From NCBI GenBank assembly GCA_008273105.1, contig GCA_008273105.1_4080.1: DNA of 64,000 bases, one strand, 5' to 3'. Below are positions 12,519 through 21,671 of this stretch, in pieces; positions within the stretch are counted from its first letter, which is position 1, and each line of letters begins with the position of its first letter. Position numbers and translations under genes: made by a program. This stretch comes from a phage. The notes beneath the pieces were generated by a model, which was not told where the DNA came from, searched no databases, and saw nothing but the letters and a program-made list of their open reading frames with translations.

Positions 12519-12737
12519 TTATTTTGAATTATACAAGCAGTACAGGTATACCAATGGAGTAAAATGTTCGGAATCTATTATATATATTAACTGAGTAACA
12601 TATATTCCATATAGATCTCGTGATTTATCTCTGTACATTAACAATGATTTATTTAAGTAAGGATCAACCCAGTACTTAATATCATTGTACTTCAACGTGT
12701 TGTTACGGTAACCTGATAGTTTTGAATTTTTATTCAA
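12519..12737 (-). CDS. hypothetical protein
   Basis: 72-aa ORF filling an otherwise non-coding gap. Confidence 0.35.
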   Translation of the reverse strand: MNKNSKLSGYRNNTLKYNDIKYWVDPYLNKSLLMYRDKSRDLYGIYVTQLIYIIDSEHFTPLVYLYCLYNSK

Positions 12738-13107
12738 TTTTCTTACAATTACTCAGTAAGTGAATGATATCATCAGCAGTGAATGGTCCCAATACCAGAA
12801 CTTCTTCACCATTTCCGAAAATGCTCAATGGCACTGATTGTTGACCAGCTAGATATTCAATTTGTTCCAGTTCGAAAATGTCATCAGCAGCATATACTAC
12901 CTGCTCCATTTCATTATCTTTAATCCATGACTGCCAATGTTCTTTAAACTTCTTAGCTTCGTATTCTTGAACATAGTTAGGTGATTCAGGGTTGTATTGA
13001 TGTAACATAGTCATCCCAGCCATTACTAATTCTTTAGGGGATGGTGTAGAATCTTTCAGTACTACGATAGCTTGGATAGTTTTTACTTTAACGTCATTAG
13101 CAGCCAT
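12730..13107 (-). CDS. hypothetical protein
   Basis: 125-aa ORF. Confidence 0.5.
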   Translation of the reverse strand: MAANDVKVKTIQAIVVLKDSTPSPKELVMAGMTMLHQYNPESPNYVQEYEAKKFKEHWQSWIKDNEMEQVVYAADDIFELEQIEYLAGQQSVPLSIFGNGEEVLVLGPFTADDIIHLLSNCKKIE

Positions 13108-13119
13108 TATATACCTCTA

Positions 13120-13437
13120 TTATAGAATGATTTTATTCTCAGGAACGAAAACTTTTGGAGTGTTTTCGATTGCTTTAATAGCATCAACATAAGCATCAAC
13201 TAATGCAGGGTTTGCATCACTAACACTAATAATGTTGGATTTATAAAAAATAACATTTTTCTCCATACTAACAAACTCTAGATAATCACGAAGAATGATT
13301 TCACCATTTTCGTCAGTCCCTAGTTGTGCTGGGTAGTTAACTACAACAGCTTCAGCAGAATCGGTTTGAAGAACTGCTAGTACTGGGCCAATGTTATTGA
13401 TGTTTAGTAGTTTAACGGTCATAGTCATTTTTGTCAA
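13120..13437 (-). CDS. hypothetical protein
   Basis: 105-aa ORF. Confidence 0.5.
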   Translation of the reverse strand: MTKMTMTVKLLNINNIGPVLAVLQTDSAEAVVVNYPAQLGTDENGEIILRDYLEFVSMEKNVIFYKSNIISVSDANPALVDAYVDAIKAIENTPKVFVPENKIIL

Positions 13438-13447
13438 GTCCTTTTGT

Positions 13448-13924
13448 TTATTTTAGAATGTATAAGTGTTTTTCTGCATTGACCAGTCGGTGATCAATGA
13501 TTTCTTTGATAACGTTCCAGTTACCGCCGCCCAAATCGGCTCCAATTTTCGGGAAGTGTACATGAACATCTCGATCAACTTTACAAAAATAATTTAGATG
13601 TTTGAACACATCGTCGATTGCATCATAACTGACATATTTAGCACCGTCATTACCGTACATTTTTTGGGTAATACAGTTTGCAATAATCAAATTATCGTTA
13701 ATTGCTGAATATGCAATTTGTCCAATTCTAAGAAATCCCATTTCCTTTTCATATGCTTTATAATCATCATATGCCATTGGGTAACGATTTCTTAGCTCTT
13801 TTGCAAAACCTGAACCCATTTTACCCTGTGCGTTACAACCATGAGCAATTATATGTATTGCTGTTTTATCATCTGTTACAGTACTGAATAATTCAAACAG
13901 ATTACCTCGGTGTTCATGAATCAT
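13448..13924 (-). CDS. macrodomain protein, TARG1/OARD1-like (ADP-ribose processing)
   Basis: IIAHGCNAQGKMGSGFAKELRNRYP and FPKIGADLGGGNWNVI match recalled OARD1 blocks (ISHCISEDCRMGAGIA..., MPRIGCGLDRLQWENV). Confidence 0.65.
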   Translation of the reverse strand: MIHEHRGNLFELFSTVTDDKTAIHIIAHGCNAQGKMGSGFAKELRNRYPMAYDDYKAYEKEMGFLRIGQIAYSAINDNLIIANCITQKMYGNDGAKYVSYDAIDDVFKHLNYFCKVDRDVHVHFPKIGADLGGGNWNVIKEIIDHRLVNAEKHLYILK

Positions 13925-13934
13925 TATATTCTCC

Positions 13935-13966
13935 GAAAAGAAAGGACTCTGTGGTCAGAGTCCTTA
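13935..13966 (-). terminator. rho-independent terminator
   Basis: 9-bp stem AGGACTCTG/CAGAGTCCT, 4-nt loop, T-rich tail on minus strand. Confidence 0.6.
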
Positions 13967-13973
13967 TTTTAAA

Positions 13974-14231
13974 TTATTCTTCTTCACCGAAACGTATTTT
14001 CTTTAATTCTTTTCGATGCTTTCTAGCTATTGTACTTTTGTGAAGTCTATTACTGCGTTTTGTGTCTTTTGTAATGTACCATGAATCTTCTGGTGCATCA
14101 TAATCACAAAATCCATCTTCCGTAATTGTTCCTAAAAATGCAGATTTTTTAGGAATATTAGTTTGAGCTTTAGCCTGAAATTGACCTTTTGCTAATTGTT
14201 CACGAAAACTGAGCATAATAGTATCTCCCAA
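13974..14231 (-). CDS. hypothetical protein (basic C-terminus)
   Basis: 85-aa ORF. Confidence 0.45.
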   Translation of the reverse strand: MGDTIMLSFREQLAKGQFQAKAQTNIPKKSAFLGTITEDGFCDYDAPEDSWYITKDTKRSNRLHKSTIARKHRKELKKIRFGEEE

Positions 14232-14262
14232 ATTGTTAAGAAGAACTTTTTGTTCTTCACAT

Positions 14263-14514
14263 TTATTTAGGGTTGCCAGAAACCTTCACATGTTTGATAA
14301 ATGCCAAAATATCATCTTTACTAAAAGATTTTACAATAAATTCGACAGCGGAATCATACTGTTCTTGTTTAGATAGATATTCTTTCATCTTGTTAATTTT
14401 AATCTGGGCTTTTTCTTTAGCTATTGAAATATCAGGAATTTTGAACTCTACTCCCAACGTATCAGCTAGTTGTTTTGCACGAGATGATACTTTTTCAATA
14501 TCCATTAGTTCCAA
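14263..14514 (-). CDS. hypothetical protein
   Basis: 83-aa ORF. Confidence 0.45.
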   Translation of the reverse strand: MELMDIEKVSSRAKQLADTLGVEFKIPDISIAKEKAQIKINKMKEYLSKQEQYDSAVEFIVKSFSKDDILAFIKHVKVSGNPK

Positions 14515-14753
14515 CGACCTTCTTTAAGACCTTCAATAAACCCAGTACAACCACCTGGTACATAAATGTCATTTACGAAAATTTGAGGAACTTGACGAAC
14601 TGGTTCACCACAAATTTCAGACAGTTTTGAACCATCGATACCTTCAGCAACAATATCTACAAACTCCATTTCAAATTTATTTTGTTCACATACAGCTTTT
14701 GCAGTGTCGCAAAATTTACAACCAGTCTTGCGACCATAAATTTTAACTTTCAT
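14505..14753 (-). CDS. nrdC: glutaredoxin/thioredoxin (T4 NrdC-like)
   Basis: MKVKIYGRKTGCKFCDTAK: CxxC redox motif in NrdC-like context; ~82 aa. Confidence 0.75.
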   Translation of the reverse strand: MKVKIYGRKTGCKFCDTAKAVCEQNKFEMEFVDIVAEGIDGSKLSEICGEPVRQVPQIFVNDIYVPGGCTGFIEGLKEGRWN

Positions 14754-14754
14754 G

Positions 14755-15156
14755 TTATTTCCTTCTATTTCTTTGAAAAGCTTTAACAGCTTTAATAATA
14801 CTGTTACACATTCGTTCAGTCAAATACTTTTGACATTCTCGTACATCAATGTACATGAACTTATCCAATTCTGGATGACTCTTACCATATCTATTAGTGT
14901 AAGTACTTTTACAAACTAATTCATCTGGTATTGGTTTGTCTTTGGCAGTATAAAAGAAAAGTACTAACCTTTTTCCCTTTCTATAGGATACATCACCAAG
15001 AAACAGAAGATCATCTTCATCGATTTCGTATCCTGTCTCTTCGAAACATTCACGTACAGCAGCTTCTTTGAAAGTTTCATTACCCTCAGCTTTCCCTTTA
15101 GGTAAATCCCAATGATTCTGTCCGTGTTGTATGTCCGATAAGTATCTGACCATCAC
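14755..15156 (-). CDS. Nudix hydrolase
   Basis: Canonical Nudix box GKAEGNETFKEAAVRECFEETGY. Confidence 0.8.
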   Translation of the reverse strand: MMVRYLSDIQHGQNHWDLPKGKAEGNETFKEAAVRECFEETGYEIDEDDLLFLGDVSYRKGKRLVLFFYTAKDKPIPDELVCKSTYTNRYGKSHPELDKFMYIDVRECQKYLTERMCNSIIKAVKAFQRNRRK

Positions 15157-15264
15157 GATAAAATATTATACCACAACTATAACGCATATCTTATCTCTTT
15201 GTCATCAATCGATGTTCAGATACTAATAATTATATCAGTTATTGGTTTTTTGTCCCACTATTTT

Positions 15265-16377
15265 TTAGAACATTTGTTTGATTGCTTCATAACGAAGTTC
15301 ACAAACAAAATCACGAATTTCTGACGTTTCAAGTTCACCATCTTTGACCATTTGCTGAATATCAGGCAATTCAACATCAGTATAACGATCATAAACTTTA
15401 ATAATTAGATCTTCAAGTTCTAAATCAATTTCTTTTCGCAAAATGAAGTATTCCAAAACTTTATAAAGGAATTCTTCACCTCCGTTATTTTTAATATTCA
15501 TATCCAATAAAATATTACCCATTTCAATAGGGGTCTTTTTACGGAATGTTTTGATATCATCACGGAAACGTTTGATATAATTACTAAATTTAACATACTT
15601 AACTGGAACTTTAATAGCACCGTTAAGTACTGAATCATTATTTACTTCTTCATTTTCAAGAAGAATAGACCACAGAAAATATGGTTTATATACATCCGTA
15701 CAGTTCTCTGCAATATAATCAATAAGGTCTAAATTCTTTTTGGTCAAAGATGTATTAAACACCTTTTCGTAATAACCAAATTTACTTAGCGTCTTAAGGA
15801 ACTTTGCAGGCTTTTCTTCGGAAAATGCTTTTTCGAATTCCACAAAAACACGGTCAGGAACAAGATGATTTAGCTCACCACTATTGACCATTCCAATAGC
15901 TAGTTCCTCAGTGCTTTCATGGATAGTAAAGTCTGAATAACGAGTAGCAAATCGAGCAAGACGTAACACACGTAATGGATCTTCTTTAAAATGGTCAGAA
16001 ACATGACGTAGTACCTTGTTCTTGATATCAGCTTTACCACCGTATGGATCAATGTGAATTTGTAGTACTGGATCATACGAAATTGCATTTATTGTTAGGT
16101 CACGGCGATACAAATCTTGTTCGAGTGTTACGCCTTTTGTATCCACTTCAAAGCCACCATATCCAGTACCAGTTTTACGCTCAGTACGGGCTAATGCGTG
16201 TTCATTACCTTCTGGACTTAGATATACAGGGAAATCCTTACCTACTTGCTTATAGCCAATACTTTGCAAGTACTTAATATCAGATTCAGTTGCTCCGACA
16301 ATGACATAATCTTTGTCTTTTGCACGAAGACCCATTAAACGGTCACGGACGTAGCCACCAACCAAATACTTTTTCAT
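15265..16377 (-). CDS. cca: tRNA nucleotidyltransferase (CCA-adding enzyme), head/neck domain only
   Basis: MKKYLVGGYVRDRLMGL...DKDYVIVG...ALARTERK...RRDLTINA...EDPLRVLRLARF closely matches class II CCA enzymes; shorter than E. coli Cca. Confidence 0.85.
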   Translation of the reverse strand: MKKYLVGGYVRDRLMGLRAKDKDYVIVGATESDIKYLQSIGYKQVGKDFPVYLSPEGNEHALARTERKTGTGYGGFEVDTKGVTLEQDLYRRDLTINAISYDPVLQIHIDPYGGKADIKNKVLRHVSDHFKEDPLRVLRLARFATRYSDFTIHESTEELAIGMVNSGELNHLVPDRVFVEFEKAFSEEKPAKFLKTLSKFGYYEKVFNTSLTKKNLDLIDYIAENCTDVYKPYFLWSILLENEEVNNDSVLNGAIKVPVKYVKFSNYIKRFRDDIKTFRKKTPIEMGNILLDMNIKNNGGEEFLYKVLEYFILRKEIDLELEDLIIKVYDRYTDVELPDIQQMVKDGELETSEIRDFVCELRYEAIKQMF

Positions 16378-16512
16378 ATTATTCCCCCATCAACCAATCA
16401 CGCAAACGTTCCCATAAGCCTTTGGGCTTATATTCTGGGTATTCATATTCATCAGTGCCTTGCTCGGAAACACCCCAATCTTCTTCTAACATAGCAATCA
16501 TAATGCCTCCAA

Positions 16513-16935
16513 TTAAATTAATCTGTCACGTAGACGGTCGTAATATTTTTCGTGTATAGCTAGTATACACTGATATGCAGAATAGTCAATGCCAAATGTA
16601 TCATCAATGAACATGTACTGATCAAGTGCTTCTGGCCCATTATCATCAACTGGTAATGTCCCTTCTTTTTTTGATAGGGTGTGCCACATCAACTCACTTT
16701 CAATATGGTGAGTTGCGTATGTCAATTCAATCTTACTTTTTCTTAGTAAAATTAACAATTCATCATTGTCGTCGAGTGCATTACGAAATTTAATACGAAC
16801 AGTACCCTGAAAATTATTAGTGTACATAACACGATGTTGATTATATGTAACTAAACCACGTCTTTCAGTACTGATTTCGTGTTCAGCAAAGTACTTTAAC
16901 GTTTCATTAAATTTTGGAATTTTAGTAACGTCCAA
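16513..16935 (-). CDS. hypothetical protein (paralog pair A)
   Basis: 140 aa; shares (Q/Y)xFIDDTFGIDxxxYQ motif with 16922-17338. Confidence 0.5.
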   Translation of the reverse strand: MDVTKIPKFNETLKYFAEHEISTERRGLVTYNQHRVMYTNNFQGTVRIKFRNALDDNDELLILLRKSKIELTYATHHIESELMWHTLSKKEGTLPVDDNGPEALDQYMFIDDTFGIDYSAYQCILAIHEKYYDRLRDRLI

Positions 16936-17338
16936 TCACATAATCCTCATAAAGTTTGTATACCCTCATTATACTCTGATATGTATCAAAGTCAATGCCA
17001 AAGGTATCATCAATGAACTGATATTGCAAAAACTCTTCCTCTGTAGCAGCAATAGGAAGAGTCCCGTTTCGTTGTTCTGTTGATTGAACATCCTCAATAT
17101 ACATCAACACTATACTTTCATCCAGATTTATATCTATCATAAAAACATCTTCACTATAAAATATGTTATATGTACGGATGAAGAGATTTCCTGTTCTATC
17201 ATAACTTGACACGTGTGTTTCATAATACATTTTATCTAAACTAAAGAACAAACCTGTACTATCTGGCTTTTTAGTATTTTTTAATTTAATTTCGATAGCA
17301 TCAATCATAGGTTTAATATCAAACTTTTTCATAGACAA
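16922..17338 (-). CDS. hypothetical protein (paralog pair B)
   Basis: 138 aa; paralog of 16513-16935. Confidence 0.5.
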   Translation of the reverse strand: MSMKKFDIKPMIDAIEIKLKNTKKPDSTGLFFSLDKMYYETHVSSYDRTGNLFIRTYNIFYSEDVFMIDINLDESIVLMYIEDVQSTEQRNGTLPIAATEEEFLQYQFIDDTFGIDFDTYQSIMRVYKLYEDYVIGRY

Positions 17339-17514
17339 ATCACATACTTATTACTATGTGGATCGTAACAATATGAATCATTTACCTTAATACCAGGCTT
17401 AAGTTCAATAGTTGTTCCTGTTTCTGTACTGGGTTCTGCATCACAATAAATCATCACACCAACCCCGACTAGTAAGGATATGATACATATAACTATACAT
17501 ATTGTATATTCCAT
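17329..17514 (-). CDS. small membrane protein
   Basis: 61 aa, N-terminal hydrophobic helix. Confidence 0.4.
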   Translation of the reverse strand: MEYTICIVICIISLLVGVGVMIYCDAEPSTETGTTIELKPGIKVNDSYCYDPHSNKYVICL

Positions 17515-17527
17515 AAATTTATCTCCA

Positions 17528-17923
17528 TTATAAAAAGTAATTATACAGTTTATTGTACAATATAAAAAGGTCTTTCACATTATCATAAGTAATATCAGAT
17601 ACATCATGAATTAATGATAACTGAAAAAATGAAGCTTCGTCTATTTCTGCTGGAATTATAACATCACCATCGTCTTCGTCCATTTTATTGGTGTAGTATT
17701 TTATGTGATCTACATTCAACTCAATAGAGAACGCAATGTTGGTTTTTGTATAATCTTCAATTAATCCAATATATTGAGATTTTTCATTAATAAAAAATCC
17801 AATCCCAACACAACGGTTATCTGGATATGGATAGTACCATCTATTAATAACTAGGTGTTCAGGTAAGTCCATATCATGTGTTGATATTAGAGATTTTACA
17901 ATTTCCATCCAGGAATAATTCAT
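17528..17923 (-). CDS. hypothetical protein
   Basis: 131-aa ORF. Confidence 0.5.
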   Translation of the reverse strand: MNYSWMEIVKSLISTHDMDLPEHLVINRWYYPYPDNRCVGIGFFINEKSQYIGLIEDYTKTNIAFSIELNVDHIKYYTNKMDEDDGDVIIPAEIDEASFFQLSLIHDVSDITYDNVKDLFILYNKLYNYFL

Positions 17924-17976
17924 AATTAAAACTCCATAAGAAAAGGGACAGAATTAATCTGTCCCTTTAGTATATA

Positions 17977-18309
17977 TTACTCTTCGTTTTCTGTCAAATC
18001 ATCAAGAACTGGGTGTTCTGGATGGTTTCGGCGGTGTAATTTAATGCTTTTGTCTTTACTGAATACAGTTTCCATCTTATCAAAAGATTCAACAATTGCT
18101 TTATACAAATCAGCATCATCAGCAGTTACTGATTTACTACCAGCAGTTAAAGTTACAGCATATTGAGTTTTATGCTCTTTCTTAACATGAACACCAATGT
18201 CTAGTACTGAAGAAGTACGGTACTTATCCAGACTTTTTGCTTCATTGTAAATAGCATCTTGGATTGCTGGAGTGATATCAACGTTGCCTTGAATATTTAG
18301 ATTTAGCAT
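17977..18309 (-). CDS. hpf: ribosome hibernation promoting factor / RaiA-family protein (short form)
   Basis: MLNLNIQGNVDITPAIQDAIYNEAKSLDKY...LYKAI aligns with recalled RaiA/HPF N-terminal signature (NITSKQMEITPAIRQHV...). Confidence 0.8.
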   Translation of the reverse strand: MLNLNIQGNVDITPAIQDAIYNEAKSLDKYRTSSVLDIGVHVKKEHKTQYAVTLTAGSKSVTADDADLYKAIVESFDKMETVFSKDKSIKLHRRNHPEHPVLDDLTENEE

Positions 18310-18325
18310 ACTTCACCTTCCTTTT

Positions 18326-19252
18326 TTAGAGTGAACTTAACAACAAATCTGCTCGGTTTGTAACTTGACGATACCATAAGGAATTCATAATTTCTTTTTT
18401 AAATTTCTTAGGGTTATCATTTTTCACACTTTTCCAAAGTTTATTAAACGTTGCTAATTTATCAACACCCATTGTATAGGACATTTCATAAAGAATACGT
18501 TGTTGTTCTTTGGTCAGATTTACTGCTTCTTTTTTCTGCATCAATAATAAAAAGTCATTATATGTTCTTTTCATATCTTGCATTAAAAGTTTATTGGCTT
18601 GAGCTTTGGTAATACCGTTTCTGTACTTAATCGCATCAGATTCTTTTCTACCCAAATAATGCCCATAACCTATTGTATAATTACCTTTCATGTCCTTGTA
18701 GGGATGAAATTTAGAATTGTGGAAAGGAACTCCGACTTTCCCACCAAGTAAACGGCGTTTGTTCTTGGACTGAAATTCAATTGAACCTTCAGCTTCTTTG
18801 ATGTGATTGACAATTTCTGGATCATTATAATCAAACAGTACAGTCACATCTGGTAACAATACGTTCTTCAAATCCTCTTTTGTTGGGATAAAGATACCCT
18901 GAGAAGTATGAAGAGTAGCATTTAAATTGATATTTTTCAACAAAATAACATACTCTTCAAGTTGTACATTTTTAGGTTTAAACTTTTTAGCAATAGAATA
19001 ATAACTATCACCAGGTTGAACCGTATAATGCTTCTCGCCGCGTGGAACATCCTTTGATATTTCTACCTTTGGTAATTCCTGCTTTTGAATTTGCGTAACT
19101 TGTGGTTTTAAATTGTGTACCTGACTTTCGTCCGATGATGATACACGATCATTTTGAGAAAAACCATAAAATCCAATCGCAGCGACAAGTACTGTGCAAA
19201 CTAGAACACCATAAGTAGTCTTAGTTTTCAGTGCTTTTTTCGCTTGTTTCAA
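18326..19252 (-). CDS. T4-type lysozyme with N-terminal signal anchor and LysM domain
   Basis: YKDMKGNYTIGYGHYLG and WYRQVTNRA match T4 lysozyme; LysM-like YTVQPGDSYYSIAKKF; likely TTG start at 19252 behind AAAGGAGG. Confidence 0.75.
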   Translation of the reverse strand: MKQAKKALKTKTTYGVLVCTVLVAAIGFYGFSQNDRVSSSDESQVHNLKPQVTQIQKQELPKVEISKDVPRGEKHYTVQPGDSYYSIAKKFKPKNVQLEEYVILLKNINLNATLHTSQGIFIPTKEDLKNVLLPDVTVLFDYNDPEIVNHIKEAEGSIEFQSKNKRRLLGGKVGVPFHNSKFHPYKDMKGNYTIGYGHYLGRKESDAIKYRNGITKAQANKLLMQDMKRTYNDFLLLMQKKEAVNLTKEQQRILYEMSYTMGVDKLATFNKLWKSVKNDNPKKFKKEIMNSLWYRQVTNRADLLLSSL

Positions 19253-19420
19253 AACGCCTCCTTTGTTGATTGTTAAGATGGGCAATCACAAAGATGGCAA
19301 AGAGGCCATTTGCAAAAGCCTCATCGGACTTTCTACAGTACAAAAACGTTCTTTTCAAATGTTTAAGTAGTATAGCATATTTTTATTTTATTACAAGACA
19401 TATTTACTGTAAAAACCACA

Positions 19421-19831
19421 TTAATCGTAGTAAGTTCTACCTACAGTGATGTGATATTTAAAGTACTTGGTTGGTAGTCCTAGTTCATTTCTAATATGTG
19501 TGATGAAATCATCTTCAAATTCAATGATAAAGAATGAACCTGGATTCTTTTTATCTTTTACTATCTCAATACAAGGATTGAACTTTATCTTTACTTTCAT
19601 TCCATCGTACTTTTTCCAGTACTCTGGATTTGGTGGCACTTCACCACGAACGATACTGACATGTGCTCCCCATTGTGGGTCTTTAATATCAATATGTAAG
19701 TCAGTTCTGATGAAGTACTGGTAGTATCGAACCAACTGTAATGGAAGTTGTAGTACTAACCAGAAGTCCTTCTTCTTTTTCATAGTGCCACGATCTGGAT
19801 CATACACCAGAGTTCCTTCCATTTCAATCAT
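19421..19831 (-). CDS. hypothetical protein
   Basis: 136-aa ORF; sigma70-like TTTACA-17-TAAAAT just downstream. Confidence 0.5.
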   Translation of the reverse strand: MIEMEGTLVYDPDRGTMKKKKDFWLVLQLPLQLVRYYQYFIRTDLHIDIKDPQWGAHVSIVRGEVPPNPEYWKKYDGMKVKIKFNPCIEIVKDKKNPGSFFIIEFEDDFITHIRNELGLPTKYFKYHITVGRTYYD

Positions 19832-19838
19832 ATGTTAC

Positions 19839-20042
19839 CTATAAAATTACATATATGTTTTTATTTTCAATACGAACATATGTTTCCAAAACATCTTTCG
19901 GAATTTTATTACTTGTTTTGAACCATGTAGTATTCTCTACTAAAACAAAAGTTTCACCTTCAGTTTCACCAAATGTACTTAGTGCATAAATGAAGTAATT
20001 GGGTGATGCACTACAATATATATCAGCATTAATTTCAATCAT
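19839..20042 (-). CDS. hypothetical protein
   Basis: 67-aa ORF. Confidence 0.4.
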   Translation of the reverse strand: MIEINADIYCSASPNYFIYALSTFGETEGETFVLVENTTWFKTSNKIPKDVLETYVRIENKNIYVIL

Positions 20043-20045
20043 ATT

Positions 20046-20177
20046 TTACACCACAATAAAGCTTAATACAACGAGTGTAATAAACACACCCACAATGGCA
20101 GTCATTTCTGGATTTGCATCATATGTGTAGCGTATGCATTTTAGAAAATCTTTACCAAATTTCTTTAGTCCATTCAT
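20046..20177 (-). CDS. small membrane protein (43 aa)
   Basis: ATG with AAGGAA RBS; C-terminal hydrophobic helix; below track cutoff. Confidence 0.45.
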   Translation of the reverse strand: MNGLKKFGKDFLKCIRYTYDANPEMTAIVGVFITLVVLSFIVV

Positions 20178-20188
20178 ATATTTTCCTT

Positions 20189-20545
20189 TTATTTCTTGTG
20201 TAAAGGTTCATCACTTTCATAATAAATTGTATCATTATTTCGCTCTATAGTAAAGCTCTTTTGACACAACTCTTCAGCTAAACCCTTTGCATAGTTTAAT
20301 ACATCTCGGTTGAGATATACTTCTTCTTTTGGAAAGCGTGGGTACTGAATAATACGAGCACACATCCCACTTTCAAGACCACCAGTGTAGATATATTCAC
20401 AGGGAATTAATTGTACACAAAAGCCATGCTTAAACGCAAATTTTCTTGTGTATTCTCTTGCTGTTTGAATATCACCAGCAATATGGATATTCCAGTACTG
20501 TGTCTCCACTGTACCTTTATCGATGTATTTCATACTCATCTCCAA
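20189..20545 (-). CDS. hypothetical protein
   Basis: 118-aa ORF; start may be Met5. Confidence 0.5.
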   Translation of the reverse strand: MEMSMKYIDKGTVETQYWNIHIAGDIQTAREYTRKFAFKHGFCVQLIPCEYIYTGGLESGMCARIIQYPRFPKEEVYLNRDVLNYAKGLAEELCQKSFTIERNNDTIYYESDEPLHKK

Positions 20546-20562
20546 TTATAGCACTAAAAATC

Positions 20563-20952
20563 TCACTTTCCCAACTCTTCTATGATTCTTTTTATTGAAT
20601 CATGGTTTTCCAGACATAAAGTACTGTAATTTCTGCCAGTTTTTTCATTGAGGTCGTCGATTTCAATCATAAGATATCCATATGTAATATCTTGAACCCT
20701 ACTTCGTTTTACCCTTGAGTACAGTCTGATGGGTACAGATACACGAGTATTCAAAAAGAATTCTGATAAATCATAACGATATACCAGGTATTCATTCTTG
20801 TAACGTTTACGACTGTACGATTCTAAACACTGTGGAAAACGTCTATCAAACATACTACTTCTTAGTTGAAGTATGATTGGATCTAACTTATGTGAGTAAT
20901 ATTTTTTGATTATTTTATCAAATCTTTTTACGTGTCGTTTACGCCATCTCAT
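20563..20952 (-). CDS. hypothetical basic protein
   Basis: 129-aa ORF. Confidence 0.5.
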   Translation of the reverse strand: MRWRKRHVKRFDKIIKKYYSHKLDPIILQLRSSMFDRRFPQCLESYSRKRYKNEYLVYRYDLSEFFLNTRVSVPIRLYSRVKRSRVQDITYGYLMIEIDDLNEKTGRNYSTLCLENHDSIKRIIEELGK

Positions 20953-21446
20953 GTTCTAACTCCTTTCAATAATACAATAGGAAAATACTGTGTATCTGTA
21001 TCAGAAATACTATTACAGTACTCAATTATTTCTTGATGGAGTGTGTTTATATAAATGCTAGGATATGGAATTGGTGTTTGTATTAGTCCAGAACTATAAA
21101 CACAATCAGTTCTTTGACAATCAATATAGTGTGTTGTTGGTATACCTTTACCACGTTCCTCAACTACAATTGAGTACGAGTCAGCAATAAAAATGAACGC
21201 ATTGTTAATTGATACATATTGTAGGGAATACACATCATCATGAACTTCAATCAAAGGACCATCAAAATACATCAATACCGAACGGCGATAACCTAACACA
21301 TCACTCATTGCATCGAACTGTTCTTGTGATGAAAGATAACAAAAACACGTATCACGACATACGTCAATAAAACGCTTAAATGTTTCTGTTTCTATAAGCA
21401 TATAATTTTCCTTAAAAAAGACCCCACATAGTGAGGTCAAATACAT
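20949..21446 (-). CDS. hypothetical protein
   Basis: 165-aa ORF; ATGA overlap with downstream gene. Confidence 0.5.
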   Translation of the reverse strand: MYLTSLCGVFFKENYMLIETETFKRFIDVCRDTCFCYLSSQEQFDAMSDVLGYRRSVLMYFDGPLIEVHDDVYSLQYVSINNAFIFIADSYSIVVEERGKGIPTTHYIDCQRTDCVYSSGLIQTPIPYPSIYINTLHQEIIEYCNSISDTDTQYFPIVLLKGVRT

Positions 21447-21671
21447 TTAATCGTTATCATCATCCAATGCGTCACGGTAAACATAATAAACATGTGCACC
21501 TAGCAGAGCAATAAGTACAATAAAGATTAACCAGAATGGTACAAAATGCAGTACTAGAGAAAACGCCAGTACTGTAATAACCATTACAACTGAACTGAAA
21601 ATAAGACTTACTGCTTTTTCAAATCCAGATAGTAATTTTTTAAAGATTTTTTTCATAAATGAATCAACCAT
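21447..21671 (-). CDS. small two-helix membrane protein
   Basis: 74 aa, two hydrophobic segments, acidic C-terminus. Confidence 0.45.
   Translation of the reverse strand: MVDSFMKKIFKKLLSGFEKAVSLIFSSVVMVITVLAFSLVLHFVPFWLIFIVLIALLGAHVYYVYRDALDDDND

Noticed and set aside
15900-16277. ORFs 15900-16088 (-) and 16044-16277 (+) inside the CCA gene
   Set aside because: Alternative frames of a gene with a strongly recognisable product.
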